Source: Octopus vulgaris (Eukaryota). From it: a DNA stretch of 64,000 nucleotides. Shown here piece after piece: positions 30,405 to 43,790 of the stretch; within the stretch, counting starts at the first letter, position 1, and the number at the start of each line of letters is the position of its first letter. Location of the stretch: assembly GCA_951406725.2 (NCBI GenBank), contig OX597817.1, forward strand, positions 77,996,001-78,060,000. The letters run 5' to 3'. The notes beneath the pieces were generated by a model, which was given only the letters and a program-made list of their open reading frames with translations, searched no databases and was not told where the DNA came from. The translations under genes and the position numbers were made by a program.

Positions 30405-30944
30405 TAGGCATGATAAAAAAATATTCAGACAAATACATAACAAAAACACCAGGACTTACAAACACATATAACATACATCCTATGCAGAACGCTTTCAATA
30501 CAGTAACCATCAGAGCATCACAACAAATCACAGCACATACCCAAGGCACACAGAGCTGCGCTCGGTAGTGAAGTGAAAGCATGTTATAAAAATAAAACTA
30601 CTGAATGATAATAATAATAAAGAAATATATTAAGCAACTCTCTGGTAACTCCAATCTCCATGAACTACAAAGTGATAACCTTGATGGGAATAGCCCATAT
30701 ACTACAGAAAGCACTCTCTATCTAACATAGAATTAATATGGCGATAATTTTAGCATGCATGGCAAAACAAAAGTGCCCTTGCTAATCTTGGCCTCTGGAG
30801 GATGCCCAGTACTAAGGCAGCTGAAATGAAAGTTATAATGAAAAGAAACCCTAAATGATAATAATAATAATAATAATAATGATGATAATAATAATAATAA
30901 TATCAATAATAATGATAATGATTATAATAATAATAATAATGATT

Positions 30945-30992
<48 letters not shown>

Positions 30993-31894
30993 CAATACCA
31001 GCAGATGACAATGTGTCTCTAAAAGAAATGGAGAAACTCACAAAATACAAGGATTTGTAAAAAAAGGTAACTCGAATGTGGAATCTAAAAACAGAAACAA
31101 TTCCTATCATAGTAGGCGCATTAGGCATGATAAAAAAATATTCAGACAAATACATAACAAAAGCACCTGGACTAACAATTATATATAACATATAGGAATT
31201 TGCACTACTGGGCACTGCACACATCCTATGCAAAACACTTTCAATACAATAACCATCAGAGCATCACAACAAACCACAGCACATACCCAAGGCACACAGA
31301 GCTGCACTCGGTAGCGCAGTGAAAGCATGTTATAAAAATAAGACTACTGAATAATAATAATAATGATAAATAATAATAAAAAGACTTCAGACAAAAATCA
31401 TGCCTCCTCATTGATATGACTGTCCCAATCGATATAAACATATCTGTCAAGACCTACCAAAAACTGAGCAAGTATAAAGATCTTGAAATAGAAATTAGCA
31501 AAATGTGAAACCTGAAGACTAAAACAATACCTGTTGTCATAGATGCCCTGGGAATGATAGCAAAAGGGGATGATTGCTGCCTAGCTCAGATACCAGGAAA
31601 CCCCAAAATGGCAGAAATTCAAAAGATAGCGCTTATGGGAACTGCCCATATCCTATGCAAAATACTTTCTATGTAATCTCAAGTTTTAAAACAAACATAA
31701 TTTTCTTAAACAAACATAATTTTCTTAAACATTCTCTAGAACAACACTATGTACAAAATCAAATATATGGCACCCTAGGCATAACACCAACATGAACTTC
31801 CAACTTGTTGTCTCTTGAGGTCTCTGGGTGAGACTTAGAGCCAACTTGTACAAATGTAAAAGCAAAAGTCAAACGTAAAATGATGATGATAATG

Positions 31895-31976
<82 letters not shown>

Positions 31977-32520
31977 GCTATGCCAACATTATGGAATAAC
32001 AACAGAAAAAAGATGGTATAGGCACACACCAGAAAAGGTCACAGAAAACGAGAAAGCAACCATACTCTGGGATATGCCGATACACACAGACAGAGAAATT
32101 AAGGCCAACAGACCAGATATAGTTGTCAGAGACCATGAAGAAAAAAATGCTTTCTAATCGATGTATCAATACCGGCTGATGACAACGTGTCTCTAAAAGA
32201 AATGGAGAAACTCTCAAAATACAAAGACCTGGAAATAGAGGTAACTAGAATGTGGAATCTGAAAACAGAAACAATTCCTATCATAGTAGGTGCATTAGGC
32301 ATGATAAAAAAATATTCAGACAAATACATAACAAAAACACCAGGACTTACAAACACATATAACATACAGAAAATTGCACTACTAGGCACTGCACACATCC
32401 TACGCAGAACACTTTCCATACAATAACCATCAGAGCATCACAACAAATCACAGCACATACCCAAGGCACACAGAGCTGCGCTCGGTAGTGAAGTGAAAGC
32501 ACGCTATAAAAATAAAACTA

Positions 32521-32559
<39 letters not shown>

Positions 32560-32764
32560 CAGCACTCAACTACCAACATGATTCAAAAAGATTGGTACAA
32601 ATGTAAAGATAGAAGACCTGCAAAAAACAACATTGCTTGGATCTGCAAGAATTCTTCACAAGGTTCTTAAAGCATGACCATAAACAAGTGTCACCTTAGT
32701 CTACTCACTGTGGACAGCTGACACTTTCTATCATGTCCAGGAAAATAAGCTGAGGGTTTTCATC

Positions 32765-32765
<1 letters not shown>
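30405..32765 (+). mobile_element. Tandem stack of six 5'-truncated R4/Dong-like retrotransposon 3' ends separated by (TAA)n
   Basis: Copies at about 30405-30605, 30620-30854, 30991-31351, 31380-31880, 31977-32525 and 32540-32765. The longest reads TILWDMPIHTDREIKANRPDIVVRD..LIDVSIPADDNVSLKEMEKLSKYKDLEIEVTRMW..PIIVGALG..LLGTAHILRR (restriction-like endonuclease). Confidence 0.9.
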
Positions 32766-32804
<39 letters not shown>

Positions 32805-33030
32805 CCTGTCTATTGAAGGCATAAGGCCTTAAATTTAAGGGTGGGGTGACTCTCAATTACGTCGACCCCCAGTACTCAAATGGTAATTATTTTATTGATC
32901 CTGAAAGGATGAAAGACAAAGTTGACCTTGGTGGAATTTGAACTCAGAATGTTCATCTATCTCTACTTTCTGAATTCAAATTCCACCGAGGTTGACTTTG
33001 TCTATAATCCTTATGAGGTTGATAAAATAT
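32805..33030. mobile_element. Fold-back SINE B (minus fragment then plus fragment, head to head)
   Basis: Arms 32890-32949 and 32968-33029 are complementary. Confidence 0.8.
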
Positions 33031-33374
33031 GTAATAATAATAATAATTAATTATTATTAATGGTGGTGTTGTGCTGAGGATAATGATGGTGATGATGATG
33101 ATGATTACAACCTAGCAACAAAATCATTCTATCTTCACTAAATCTGATTTTTTAGGGAAATAACAACAAAACTAAAAAAAATAAAAGCACATTAGTACCA
33201 CCACCATCACCACCACCAATAACAGCAGCAGCAGTAGCAATAACAACAATGACAACAACAAAATACTAATTGAAAGAAAAATTATAACAAAACAAAAATA
33301 GATAAATATATAAGAAAATTAGAAAATTGTCTATAAAATCCAACAATTCCATCTGATGATCTTTTAGCAATGGT

Positions 33375-33660
33375 GAGTAGTAGTAGCAGCAGCAGTAGCA
33401 ATGGTAAGTAGTAGTAGTAGTAGTAGTAGCAGCAGTAGCAGTAGTAACAGTAGTAGCAGCAGCAGTAGTAATAGTAGTAGTAATATTAGCAGTAGTAGCA
33501 GTGGAAGTAGTAGTAATGGTGTTGTTGTTGTTGGTAGTGGTGGTGATGGTGGCAGTGGCAGTGAGTTGTTGGTGATTGTGGTAGTTGTAGAAGTAGGAAT
33601 CGTATTAAGTAGCAGTGGTGGTGGTGGTAGTCGTAGTAATAACTGTTGTGGTCATTGTAC
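33375..33660. repeat. (AGT/AGC/GGT)n low-complexity tract
   Basis: Direct reading; source of poly-Ser/Gly pseudo-ORFs. Confidence 0.9.
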
Positions 33661-33681
33661 AAGTAACTGATAATATGATAA

Positions 33682-34090
33682 TCCTTTCTACTAAAGGTAC
33701 AAGGCCTGAAATTTTGGGGGAGCGGGGCCAGTCGATTGCATTGACCCCAGTGTTTCACTGGTACTTATTTTATCGACTCCAAAAGGATGAAAAGTAAAGC
33801 TGATCTCAGAGGAATTTGAATTCAGAATCTAGTGACGGGCAAAATACCTCGAAGCATTTCATCCAGCATGCTAACGATTCTTTTCTACTCTAGGCGCAAG
33901 GCCCAAAATTTTGGGGGCGGGGTCAGTTAATTAGATCGACTCCAGTACACAACTGGTACTTAATGTACCGAGCCGAAAGGATGAAAGGCAAAGTTGACCT
34001 CAGCGGAATTTGAACTCAGAACGTAGTGATGGGCAAAATACGGCTAAGCATTTCATCCATCATGCTAACAATTCTGCCAGCTCGCCGCCT
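33682..34090 (-). mobile_element. Two tandem SINE B copies (about 33682-33880 and 33881-34090)
   Basis: Each reads cctttctact..aaggcc..ctggtactta..aaaggatgaaa..ggaatttgaa..cagaa. Confidence 0.85.
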
Positions 34091-34126
34091 TCAGTAATGG
34101 TGATGGTATATTAATAATAATATGTA

Positions 34127-34357
34127 GGCGGCAAGCTGGCAGAAACATTAGCATGCCGGGCGAAATGCTTAGCAGTATTTCGTCTGCCGCTACGTTCTGA
34201 GTTCAAATTCCGCCGAGGTCGACTTTGCCTTTCATCCTTTCGGGGTTGATTAAATAAGTACCAGTTACGCACTGGGATCTATGTAATCGACTTAATCCGT
34301 TTGTCTGTCCTTGTTCGTCCCTTCTGTGTTTAGTCCCTTCTGGGTAGTAAAGAAATA
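34127..34357 (+). mobile_element. Full-length SINE B with an 18-bp flanking duplication
   Basis: ggtatattaataataata at 34105-34122 and 34358-34375. Confidence 0.9.
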
Positions 34358-34590
34358 GGTATATTAATAATAATAATGGTTTCAAATTTTAGCACAATGC
34401 CAGCAATTTCAGGACAGCGGATAATTCAGTACTTATTTTATCAACTCTGGAAAGATGAAAGGCTAAGTCAACCATGGTGGAACTGGAATTTAGAATGTGA
34501 AGACTGACGAAATACTGCTAAGTATTTTGTCCAGTGTGTTAGATATTGCACCATTTTGCCACCTTAATAACTATATTATTATTATCATGA

Positions 34591-34932
34591 TTATTACCTC
34601 CGCCTTAGCGAAGGCGGAGGTATTGTTATCAGTCACATTTGTTTGTTTGTCCATGGACAAGATATCTCAAGAACCTTTGAATGCATTCATAACTGGCATG
34701 AACCGATTAGATTTTGGGATTGATCCAGTACCAGACAACGATTCTGGATTATTTTTCTGGTTTTTTTACTTAATTTTTGAGAGTGGTCGGGTTCATTTTT
34801 AGTATTCTCATTTGTGAGAGCAGTCGAGTTTTTATTTCAGATATTCTCGTCTTAAAAATCACCTCCAGCTAATCATTAAGAGGATGTTGGTGTTGCCTTG
34901 GCAGAGTTTTGCACTTTCTGAATGCTCTTGTT
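34591..34932 (+). mobile_element. Helentron/DINE-1-like non-autonomous element (HINE)
   Basis: 5' palindrome tacctccgcctt-agcg-aaggcggaggta, (ttgt)n, 3' subterminal ccttggcagag and stem-loop gcactttctgaatgc before T-rich flank; copies at 40091 and 62080. Confidence 0.75.
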
Positions 34933-34959
34933 GTTATTATTATCATCATTATTATTATT

Positions 34960-35221
34960 AGGTGGTGAGCTGGCAGAATCATTAGTGCACTGAACAAAAT
35001 GCTAAGTGGTATTTTACCAGTCACTACAACCTGAGTTCAAATTCCACCGAGGTTGACTTTACCTTTCATCCTTTCAGGATTGATAGTATAAGTACCAGTG
35101 AAATACTGGGGTCGATGTAATCGACTCACCCACTCTCCCAAAATCTCAGGCCTTGTGCCTATAGTAGAAAGGATTATCATTATTATTATTATTATTATTA
35201 TTATCATTATTATTATTATTA

Positions 35222-35276
<55 letters not shown>

Positions 35277-35836
35277 GTAGTTAACTGACAAAATCATTAG
35301 TGTACAAGATGAAATGCTTTATGGTATTTCGCCTGTTGCTACATTCTGAGTTCAAATTCCACTGAGGTTGACTTTGCCTTTCATCCTTTCGGAATCAATA
35401 AGATGAATACCAGTTGAACACTGGGGTCAATGTAATCGACAAATCCCCATCTCCCCCAAGCTGCCCTTGTGGCAAAAATTTTAAATAATAATAATAATAA
35501 TAATAATTATTATTATTATTTTTATTATTAAGGTGGCAAGCTGGCAGAATCATTAACACACTAGGCAAAAGGCTTAGCAGCCTATCGTCTGTCTTTACAT
35601 TCTGAGTTCAAATTCCTCACCAAGGTGGTGAGGTGGCAGAATCATTAGCATGCTGGACGAAATGCTTAGTGGTATTTTGCCTGTCATTACGTTCTGAGTT
35701 CAAATTCCGCTGGGGTTGACTTTCCCTTTCATCCTTTCAGGGTTGATAAATTAAGAAGCAGTTGTGTACTGGGGTCAATCTAATCGACTAGCCCCCTCCC
35801 CAAAAATTTCAGGCCTTGTGCTTATAGTAGAAATTA
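34960..35836 (+). mobile_element. Head-to-tail run of four SINE B units with (ATT)n/(AAT)n spacers
   Basis: Units at about 34960-35172, 35275-35482, 35531-35620 (head only) and 35623-35836. Confidence 0.85.
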
Positions 35837-35863
35837 GTATTTTTATTCTTCTTATTATTATTA

Positions 35864-36406
35864 TTGAGTGAGAGAGCAGCGCATGCCATCAAAATGACAC
35901 TGGGGTAAAATATACAAAGCCCAGCATACCCATCATGACTATCCGTCTGATAAGGGTACACTGGGCACATGCATCACAACCATATGTGCGCGACATGGTG
36001 ATCTTATATCAAGATAAACAGCACATGACCTTGCAGGTGGGACCCAGTTAAAATTTACTTCTGGTCGAGTAACCCATCCCGCTCAAAAGGTCCCTGAATA
36101 AGGGTTGTTTAAGGATGTTGAACGAACCACCCATGTTTCCAGAGGTGAATTATTCAAACCCAAAAGGATCCCCCTCAACACATGGCTATGATGCTCCCCA
36201 ACAACTTCAGCTCGTGATCAGAGATGCACATATTGTCAGCCACTAAGAGACATGGTCAACTGGTTAAGGTCAAACAACTGACAAGTAAATCTGTGGTATT
36301 GAGCAGAATATTTGCTGTAACCCATCTTTTATACCAAGACAAAACAATGTACATGATAACACTTGTTAAGATCAGAAGCCATGAGAGCCACTGTCTGGTA
36401 CTACAT
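35864..36406 (-). mobile_element. Unclassified (TAA)n-embedded interspersed repeat
   Basis: Reverse-complement copy at 39268-39662; both copies flanked by (AAT/ATT)n. Confidence 0.75.
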
Positions 36407-36417
36407 CATCATCATAT

Positions 36418-36527
<110 letters not shown>

Positions 36528-37689
36528 TGTAGCAGGAACAGCAGTAGTGGTGGTAATAACAGCAGCAGTAGTGGTACCAGCCTGGATCAATACGATCCAT
36601 AGAACAATGTTCTCCTGTCTGTCCAGTTTCTGGGATGTTGTTATGATTATTGGCCTACTTCTCTAAGTAGCCTTCTCAGTTTTACTTTCCGCTATCTTTT
36701 TTTATCTTTTTTCCTCTTTTCCTGCTTATTGCATTTATTTTTATCCTTATTTTTATTTTTATTTTTGTTTTTATTTTTGCTAACTTCTGATTTTCAAGCC
36801 ACCCATCCCCCTCCACCATCACCACCCTCCTTTGCCACCGTTTTGTTCTTACTGTTGTTTGCTTTCGTTATTGTTGTTGTCGTTGTTGTTGATAGTCTGG
36901 CTTAGCTCAGTTATTCCGGCAGGAATGTCCTAGGAGATAGCAGTGCATTGTTGCAGTAGAGGTAGTGGTGGTGACAGAGGCGCCGGTAGTGGTAGTGGTG
37001 GCGGTGGTGGAAGTGGCAGCAGAGCTGTTGGTAACAATGGTGGCGGCAAAGGCGATGCAATGGCGATAGTGGTGGTGTTGGTGGTGAAAGGAAGCAAGAA
37101 TGGTAATAACTGTGATAGAATGGATTAGTGGGAGTAACGCTTAGGGTGGTGGTAGAGACGGCAGAACAGAGGCTGAGATGAATATGTAGAGCATAGGAGT
37201 AAAGAGATTGTTTATGTATTTATTTATTTATTTATCTACTTTGCTTATACTATATTTATGCTTGCAACCAAAGATAATAATCAGAAGAATTCAAGGAGAT
37301 TCATTAATGGTCAAAGTTGGCAAGAATCAATTACAATTTTCCATTTTGGTTGAGATTAACATGTAACCAACGATTGTCTCTTTTAGACTTAATCATTCCT
37401 TATTTCTAACAATAAGGTGTGCTAAGTTCTTGCTGGATATCCTTCCTGGAACTTCCTTCCTTTTGTTTATTATCATTATATTATTATTATTATATTTTTG
37501 TTTGAGTTTTTTGAGGTCTTTGCAGGACTTTTAGGTGACCTCCAAAAACAAGTGAGGTCATCACATGGCTAGCTGCAAACACGTCTGATTTGAGCAGGGT
37601 TTGTAATAAAGTAATTAATCATATCAATATCATTAGAAGAACAATACATGGCAATGAGTTGAAGAATTATTAGAGAAACAGTAAAAGTG

Positions 37690-37950
37690 CATTGTGGTAT
37701 TTTTTTCTGACACTACATTCTGAGTTCAAATCTTGTTGAGATAAACTTGGCCTTTCATCCTTCCAGGGGTCAACAAAATAAAGTACCAGTTAACCAATGT
37801 AATCAATGAGCTCTTGGTTGTGCCCCTGGGGCATAATATTTCTTGCCTTGTCTCTAATTTAGACACCAAAATAAAGTACCAGTCATGCACTAGGGTTGAT
37901 AGTATTAACTTAGCCCCTAAATTGCTGGCTTTACACTTATAAATTAGAAA
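37690..37950 (+). mobile_element. Degenerate SINE B with a duplicated tail
   Basis: cattctgagttcaaat..gcctttcatccttccaggggtcaacaaaataaagtaccag; aaaataaagtaccagt occurs twice. Confidence 0.65.
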
Positions 37951-38029
37951 GCTCAATTAGAGACAATGGAATTCGTTAAGAGGATGTTATAAGGAATGGT
38001 GCTAATGAGCTTTTACTCTGATTCTTGGT

Positions 38030-38466
38030 TTAACAACACCACCACCAACGCCAACACAATGACCATCACCACTGCAACTACCACCACAACCACCATGACT
38101 ACTACAACCAACACCACTGTGAACACCACTTCACCACCACCACCACCACCACTACCAAGAACAGCAACACCAACACAACCTCAATGACTACTACCACTTC
38201 ATCATCATCCCTCAACACTATCACAAACATTATCACCAACACCACCACCACCAACACCACCAACGACAACAACATCAAAAGTACAAATACCATCACCACC
38301 ACCTCACCACCAACAACACCATCACCATGACAACTATGATGGCTGTCATCACCTCACCACTACTAACATCATGATGAGCATGAGGACAATCATGACCACC
38401 ACCCTGACCATCAGCATGACCATCATTGCCACCAGGACCATCAACACAATCACCACCATCACCATC
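38030..38466. repeat. (ACC/AAC/ATC)n low-complexity tract
   Basis: Direct reading. Confidence 0.9.
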
Positions 38467-39041
38467 TAAATCTTAAATTCCCTCAGAAATACCCACTCAA
38501 GAATCCATGCAATGTTTGAGATCTGTTCTTTATGCGAGGATGATAGATATCTTGAGGCTTTGCTTTCTATTGCATCTACCCTGCATGGAGTTTTGATTAT
38601 TTTCATTATTTCTACCATTTTATTTTGTTCCTGTGGGAGCCCACTAATAGGTATGACAAGGATTTTATTCCCAGAATTTCTCCTCTGTAGACTGTTTCAT
38701 ATGCTACCAAGCCTATCCATAGCTGCTGAGTTTTAGCAAGGCTAATTTTTTACCATCAATGCAGTGATTAGAAGCAATTTGATTAGAAGCAATTAGAAGT
38801 GATTAGAAGGGATTTGTACATCTGCTGTTTTGTCACCAATCTTGGACACAGGATTTTGTAAAGTCTGTGAGCACTGTCTCTCCTCCAGAGACTAAATCTT
38901 ATCCAAAAGGATTAAAAGTAAAGCTGACCTCAGCGGTATTTGAACTCAGAACGTAAAGACAGATGAAATGCCTCAAAGCATTTTGTCTGGTATGCTAACA
39001 ATTCTGCCAGGTGACTACCTGAATAATAATAATATTAACAA

Positions 39042-39072
<31 letters not shown>

Positions 39073-39105
39073 AATAACAATAATAATAATAATAACAACA
39101 ACAAC

Positions 39106-39161
<56 letters not shown>

Positions 39162-39223
39162 CAACAATAATAATAAGCGCAGCACAGCACATACAACAAC
39201 AACAACAACAACAACAAAGCAAC

Positions 39224-39267
<44 letters not shown>

Positions 39268-39269
<2 letters not shown>

Positions 39270-39662
39270 CCCTGAAGTACCAGGCAGTTTAACCAGTTAA
39301 GCATGTCCCCTTAAGCAGAAGTAGTTGGGGAGCATCAGAGCTGTGTGTTAAAAGGAATTCTTAGAGGTTTGGATAATTCACCTTTGGAAACATAGGTGTT
39401 TCGTTCAACATCCTTAAACAACTCTTATTTAGGGATCTTTTGAGCAGGATGGGCTACTCAACCTGAAGAAAATTCTAACTGGGCCCCACCTGCAAGGTCA
39501 TGTGCTGTTTATCTTGATATGAGATCACCATGTCGTGCACATATGGTTGTGATGCATGTGCCTGGTGTACCCTTATCAGACGAGTAGTCATGATGGGTAT
39601 ACTGGACTTCGTATATTTGTACCGCAGTGTCACTTTGATGGCATGCACTGATCTCTCATTCA
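39268..39662 (+). mobile_element. Second, internally deleted copy of the (TAA)n-embedded repeat
   Basis: Matches the reverse complement of 35864-36406. Confidence 0.75.
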
Positions 39663-39687
39663 ATAATAATAACAATAATAATAATAT

Positions 39688-39897
39688 GTCCTGCTATAGG
39701 TACAAAGCCTGAAAGTTTTGGGGAAGAGACTAGTCGATTAAATCGACCCCTGTGTTTCACTGGTACTTAATTTATCGACCTTGAAAGGATGAAAGGTGAA
39801 GTTGATCTCAATGGAATTTGAACTCAGAATGTAAAGATGGATGAAATTCTGCTAAGCATTTTGCTTGGCATGTTAACAATTCTGCCACCTCGCCACC

Positions 39898-39899
<2 letters not shown>
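39688..39899 (-). mobile_element. SINE B
   Basis: cactggtacttaatttatcgaccttgaaaggatgaaagg..ggaatttgaactcagaatg..tctgccacctcgccacc. Confidence 0.85.
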
Positions 39900-39934
<35 letters not shown>

Positions 39935-40090
39935 CAATAACAATAATAATGATAATTATGATAATGATGATGATGAGGAGGAGGAGGAGGATGGTGGTCA
40001 CTCTGGTTGATTTTGTTATATGAGTGTTTCAAGAAGAGGATTTAAAAAAGTAGAAGAATAAATGAAAAATGTGATGATAGTAATAATAAT

Positions 40091-40453
40091 AACAAGAGCA
40101 CTCAGAGAGGGCAATTCTCCGCCAAGGCAATGCTAACATCCTCTCAACGATTAGCCGAAGATGATTTTTAAAATGAGAATATCTGATATAAACTCAACTG
40201 TTCTCACAAATGAGAATACTAAAGACGAACCTGACTGCTCTCAAAAATTAAGTTAAAAAACTGGAAAAATAATCTAGAACCTTGTCCGGTACCAGATTGA
40301 TTCCAAAATCTGATCAGTTTGTGCCAGTCATGAAGCCAAACAACCCTAAAAGTTTCATTCGAATCTATCCAGTGGTTCTTGAGATATCTTGTCCACAGAC
40401 AAACAAACAAACAACTGAAACAATACCTCCATCTTCGCTAAGGTAGAGGTAAT
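40091..40453 (-). mobile_element. Helentron/DINE-1-like HINE
   Basis: Reverse complement of the 34591 family, with the 3' hairpin and subterminal ggcggag. Confidence 0.75.
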
Positions 40454-40694
40454 GTTCCTTCTCGAGCCATGCCAGGCTCATAAGGGCCAGTTTTTTGGTT
40501 TCAGTGGTGTAGAAATTCTCCACCTGGACAGGATCCGTCGAAGGATTACTCATTTTTGCCAGCTGAGTGGACTCGAGCAACATGAAATGAAGTGTTTTGC
40601 TCAAGAACACAATTCATCGCCCGGTCCAGGAAGCGAAATCCCAACCTTTTGATCATGAGTTCAACACCCTAACCACTAAGCCACGTGCCTCCAC
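40454..40694 (-). mobile_element. SINE C inserted at the HINE 5' end with a 14-bp TSD
   Basis: aagg(t/c)agaggtaat at 40440-40453 and 40695-40708. Confidence 0.85.
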
Positions 40695-40711
40695 AAGGCA
40701 GAGGTAATAAT

Positions 40712-40926
40712 AGTTTCAAATTTTAGCACAAGACCAGAAATTTTGGGAGAGGGAATGCGTCAGATACATCAGCTCCAGTGCATAACTGGAACTTAATTTA
40801 TCGACCCAGAAATGATAAAAGGCTAAGTTGAGCTAAGCAGAATTTGAACTCAGAAGGTAAAGACAGATGAAATTCTTCTGAGCATTTTTCTCAGCATGCT
40901 AATGATTCAGCCAGCTCGCTACCTTA
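40712..40926 (-). mobile_element. SINE B
   Basis: acttaatttatcgaccc..gaatttgaactcagaa..cagccagctcgctacc. Confidence 0.8.
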
Positions 40927-41255
40927 ATAATAATGATAATAATGATGATAATGATGATGATGATTTCATCATGGTAAGACATTGAAATGTACTGAATTCT
41001 TGAATGCAAGTAAACCAAAAAGTAATCTTGCAGAGACAAAGAGCTATTGGCATTTTTCTTTTTAAATCTATATAACTGGATATATTTTGGCATTGAATAA
41101 AGTTCTATGCAGAGGCTATGCACCTGATTTGAAATGAAATATATTCAATTTTTGCATGTGCAATTTAATTTCCTTCTTGCATGTTATTTGCATAATAGCT
41201 GCACTATACATGCATACATACATACATACTTACTTACAGAGATATACATATACAT

Positions 41256-41656
41256 TTACTCTCTTTTACTTGCTTCAGTAATTTGACTGTGGCCATGCTG
41301 GAGTACCGCCTTTAGTCGAGCAAATTGACCCCAGGACTTATTCTTTGTAAGCCTAGTATTTATTCTATCATTCTCTTTTGCCAAACCGTTATGATACGGA
41401 GACGTAAACACATCAGCATCGGTTGTCAAGCGATGTTGGGGGGATAAACACAGACACACAAACATATACATACACATTCATATGTATATATACAATTATA
41501 CGACAGGCTTCTTTCAGTTTCTGTCTACCAAATCCACTCACAAGGCTTTGGTCAGCAAGAGGCTATAGTAGAAGACACTTGTCCCAAGGTGCCACATAGT
41601 GGGACTGGAACCCGGAACCATGTGGTTGGTAAGCAAGCTACTCACCACACAGCCAT
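41256..41656 (-). mobile_element. Near full-length SINE A
   Basis: Reverse complement of 4145-4580. Confidence 0.88.
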
Positions 41657-41986
41657 TCTTTTCTATAAATTCTTTTACTGGTTTCAGCTAAAGACTGGGA
41701 CCATGCTGGAGCACTGCCTTTCAATGTTTGGAGTTTCCATTCTGTACTGTTTTTGGTGAAGAAGCAAGTTGGATGGAGCTGTACTTCTCTGTGCTTCTTG
41801 CTGCAATGTGGGCTCATCTGGGATTTCTGATAGAAATTTGTCCAGGTGATATTTGAAGATTTCCACACACACACACACACACAGATACACACACATACCT
41901 ACATGTATAATATATATATGAATATATGTATATCTATATCCATATTTGTAATTATGTGTACCTGTATCTGTCTATCTCTCTGTATA

Positions 41987-42028
<42 letters not shown>

Positions 42029-42058
42029 TATACACATATATATATCTAGGTATCTATG

Positions 42059-42095
<37 letters not shown>

Positions 42096-42117
42096 CTAAA
42101 TATATATATATATATAT

Positions 42118-42159
<42 letters not shown>

Positions 42160-43269
42160 TATACATGGGTGATTTTTTCTTGTCTTGGGTTTCACAGCTG
42201 GAAGGAATTGCACAAAAAATTACACATATGTGTAGAATGATCCTTTGTACTTTTTCATGGCTCCCATGGTTATAATAATACTTTTGTATTTATGAATGAG
42301 AAAGGAAGGGGTGATAGATGAACAAGGAAGGAAGGGTGATATCATACTTGGTAGTGGGATGATGAAAATAGTATGCTGAAAAAATAAATCAAACAGCATT
42401 TCAACTCTGTGTGAATATATGTGTGTATGTAAAAGGGGGTATGTGAATGTGTGTGTTTGTATGTGTGTGAGTGCACATGCAATGGAAGTGGAATAGTTCA
42501 TCTTTGTTCGCTTAGTATTTGGGTTTATTTATTGATTTGGTTGAATCTTGGTTGTTTTTTTTTTGTTGGTCAGTTATTTTTAGCGCTTTGTCAGAAAAAG
42601 TTATTCTAAAATTGTTTTTTAATGTAATCATGCCCAAACAAGTCAAATGCTTACACAAAGCAGGATTTTACAGCCATATCATCCAAACCAACCGGGTGAA
42701 ACTGGGCTTAGCTGCTAGTATATATATATATATATATATATGTAGGTGAAGGAATGGATGTGTGGCTAAGAAGCTTGTTACCCATCCATGTTGCCTCAAG
42801 TTCAATTCTACCATGGGAACTTTGATCAAGTGTCTTCTTTGTGAATAAGTTTAGTGGGACAGAAACTAAAAGAAGGCTATCATATATAAATGTTTGTGTG
42901 TGTGTGTGTGTGTGTGCATGTGTGTGTATGTATGTGACTGTGTGTGCTTATGTACTCATGTTCTGACATCATGTAATGGTTGTAAATGAGCTTCAGTCTC
43001 ATACATGTATGTAAACAAACAGTTTTGTTATCATACTATTTTAAGATGTTTTATATAAAGTTTATAGTATTAAAACTCTTACATCATCCTTAAATCCTTA
43101 AAAATGTTTTAGCTAGAAGGCCGCGGCCATGAAAATTTGTGATCTCCTCTCTTCCAAAAATATGTTACTTCAATACATCCATAATAGATAGTATTCTTGA
43201 GGGAAAAAATTCATACATCACACATATTAGACAGTTACAGTCAAGGAATGAACCAGAAATACGATATCA

Positions 43270-43790
43270 TATGCATTGTCTATTTTATCTGAATTGTTAA
43301 GACCAAGTATTCAAAATAGTGTTGATAGTATGCGAAAATGAAGATACCTCAAACAAGCAAAGCTAGTTGAAATCAAGAAAAAGATATACATAGGCATGTA
43401 CAAGGGAATGTTCAAAGAAAGACTTTATAACTATGAGCCACTTTTAGACACAAATAAAACAAATTCCAATCACTAGTAAGTAAAATTTGCTAAATGCTAA
43501 ACTGGAACGTTGAGTAAAGTGTTAAAAACGTCATTGAAAATCGAAGTGATATGTAAACAAACCAAGAAAATTTGGTCATTGCAAAATAGAAAGAATACAC
43601 TTTCTATTTAATTCAAAGAGGCATGGAAATTGTCTACATTACAAAGCAGTTATAAAGTCTTTCTTTGAACACTCTCTTGTACATGCCTATGTATATCTTT
43701 TTCTTGATTTCAACTAACTTTGCTTGTTTGAGGTATCTTCAATTTTGCATACTATCAACACCATTTTGAATACTTGGTCTTAACAATTCA
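43270..43790 (+). mobile_element. Penelope-like retroelement remnant: GIY-YIG endonuclease fragment within a 143-bp inverted repeat
   Basis: From 43387 reads YIGMYKGMFKERLYNYE, resembling the PLE motif YIGxTxxxFKxRxxNH; arms 43290-43432 and 43648-43790. Confidence 0.65.
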
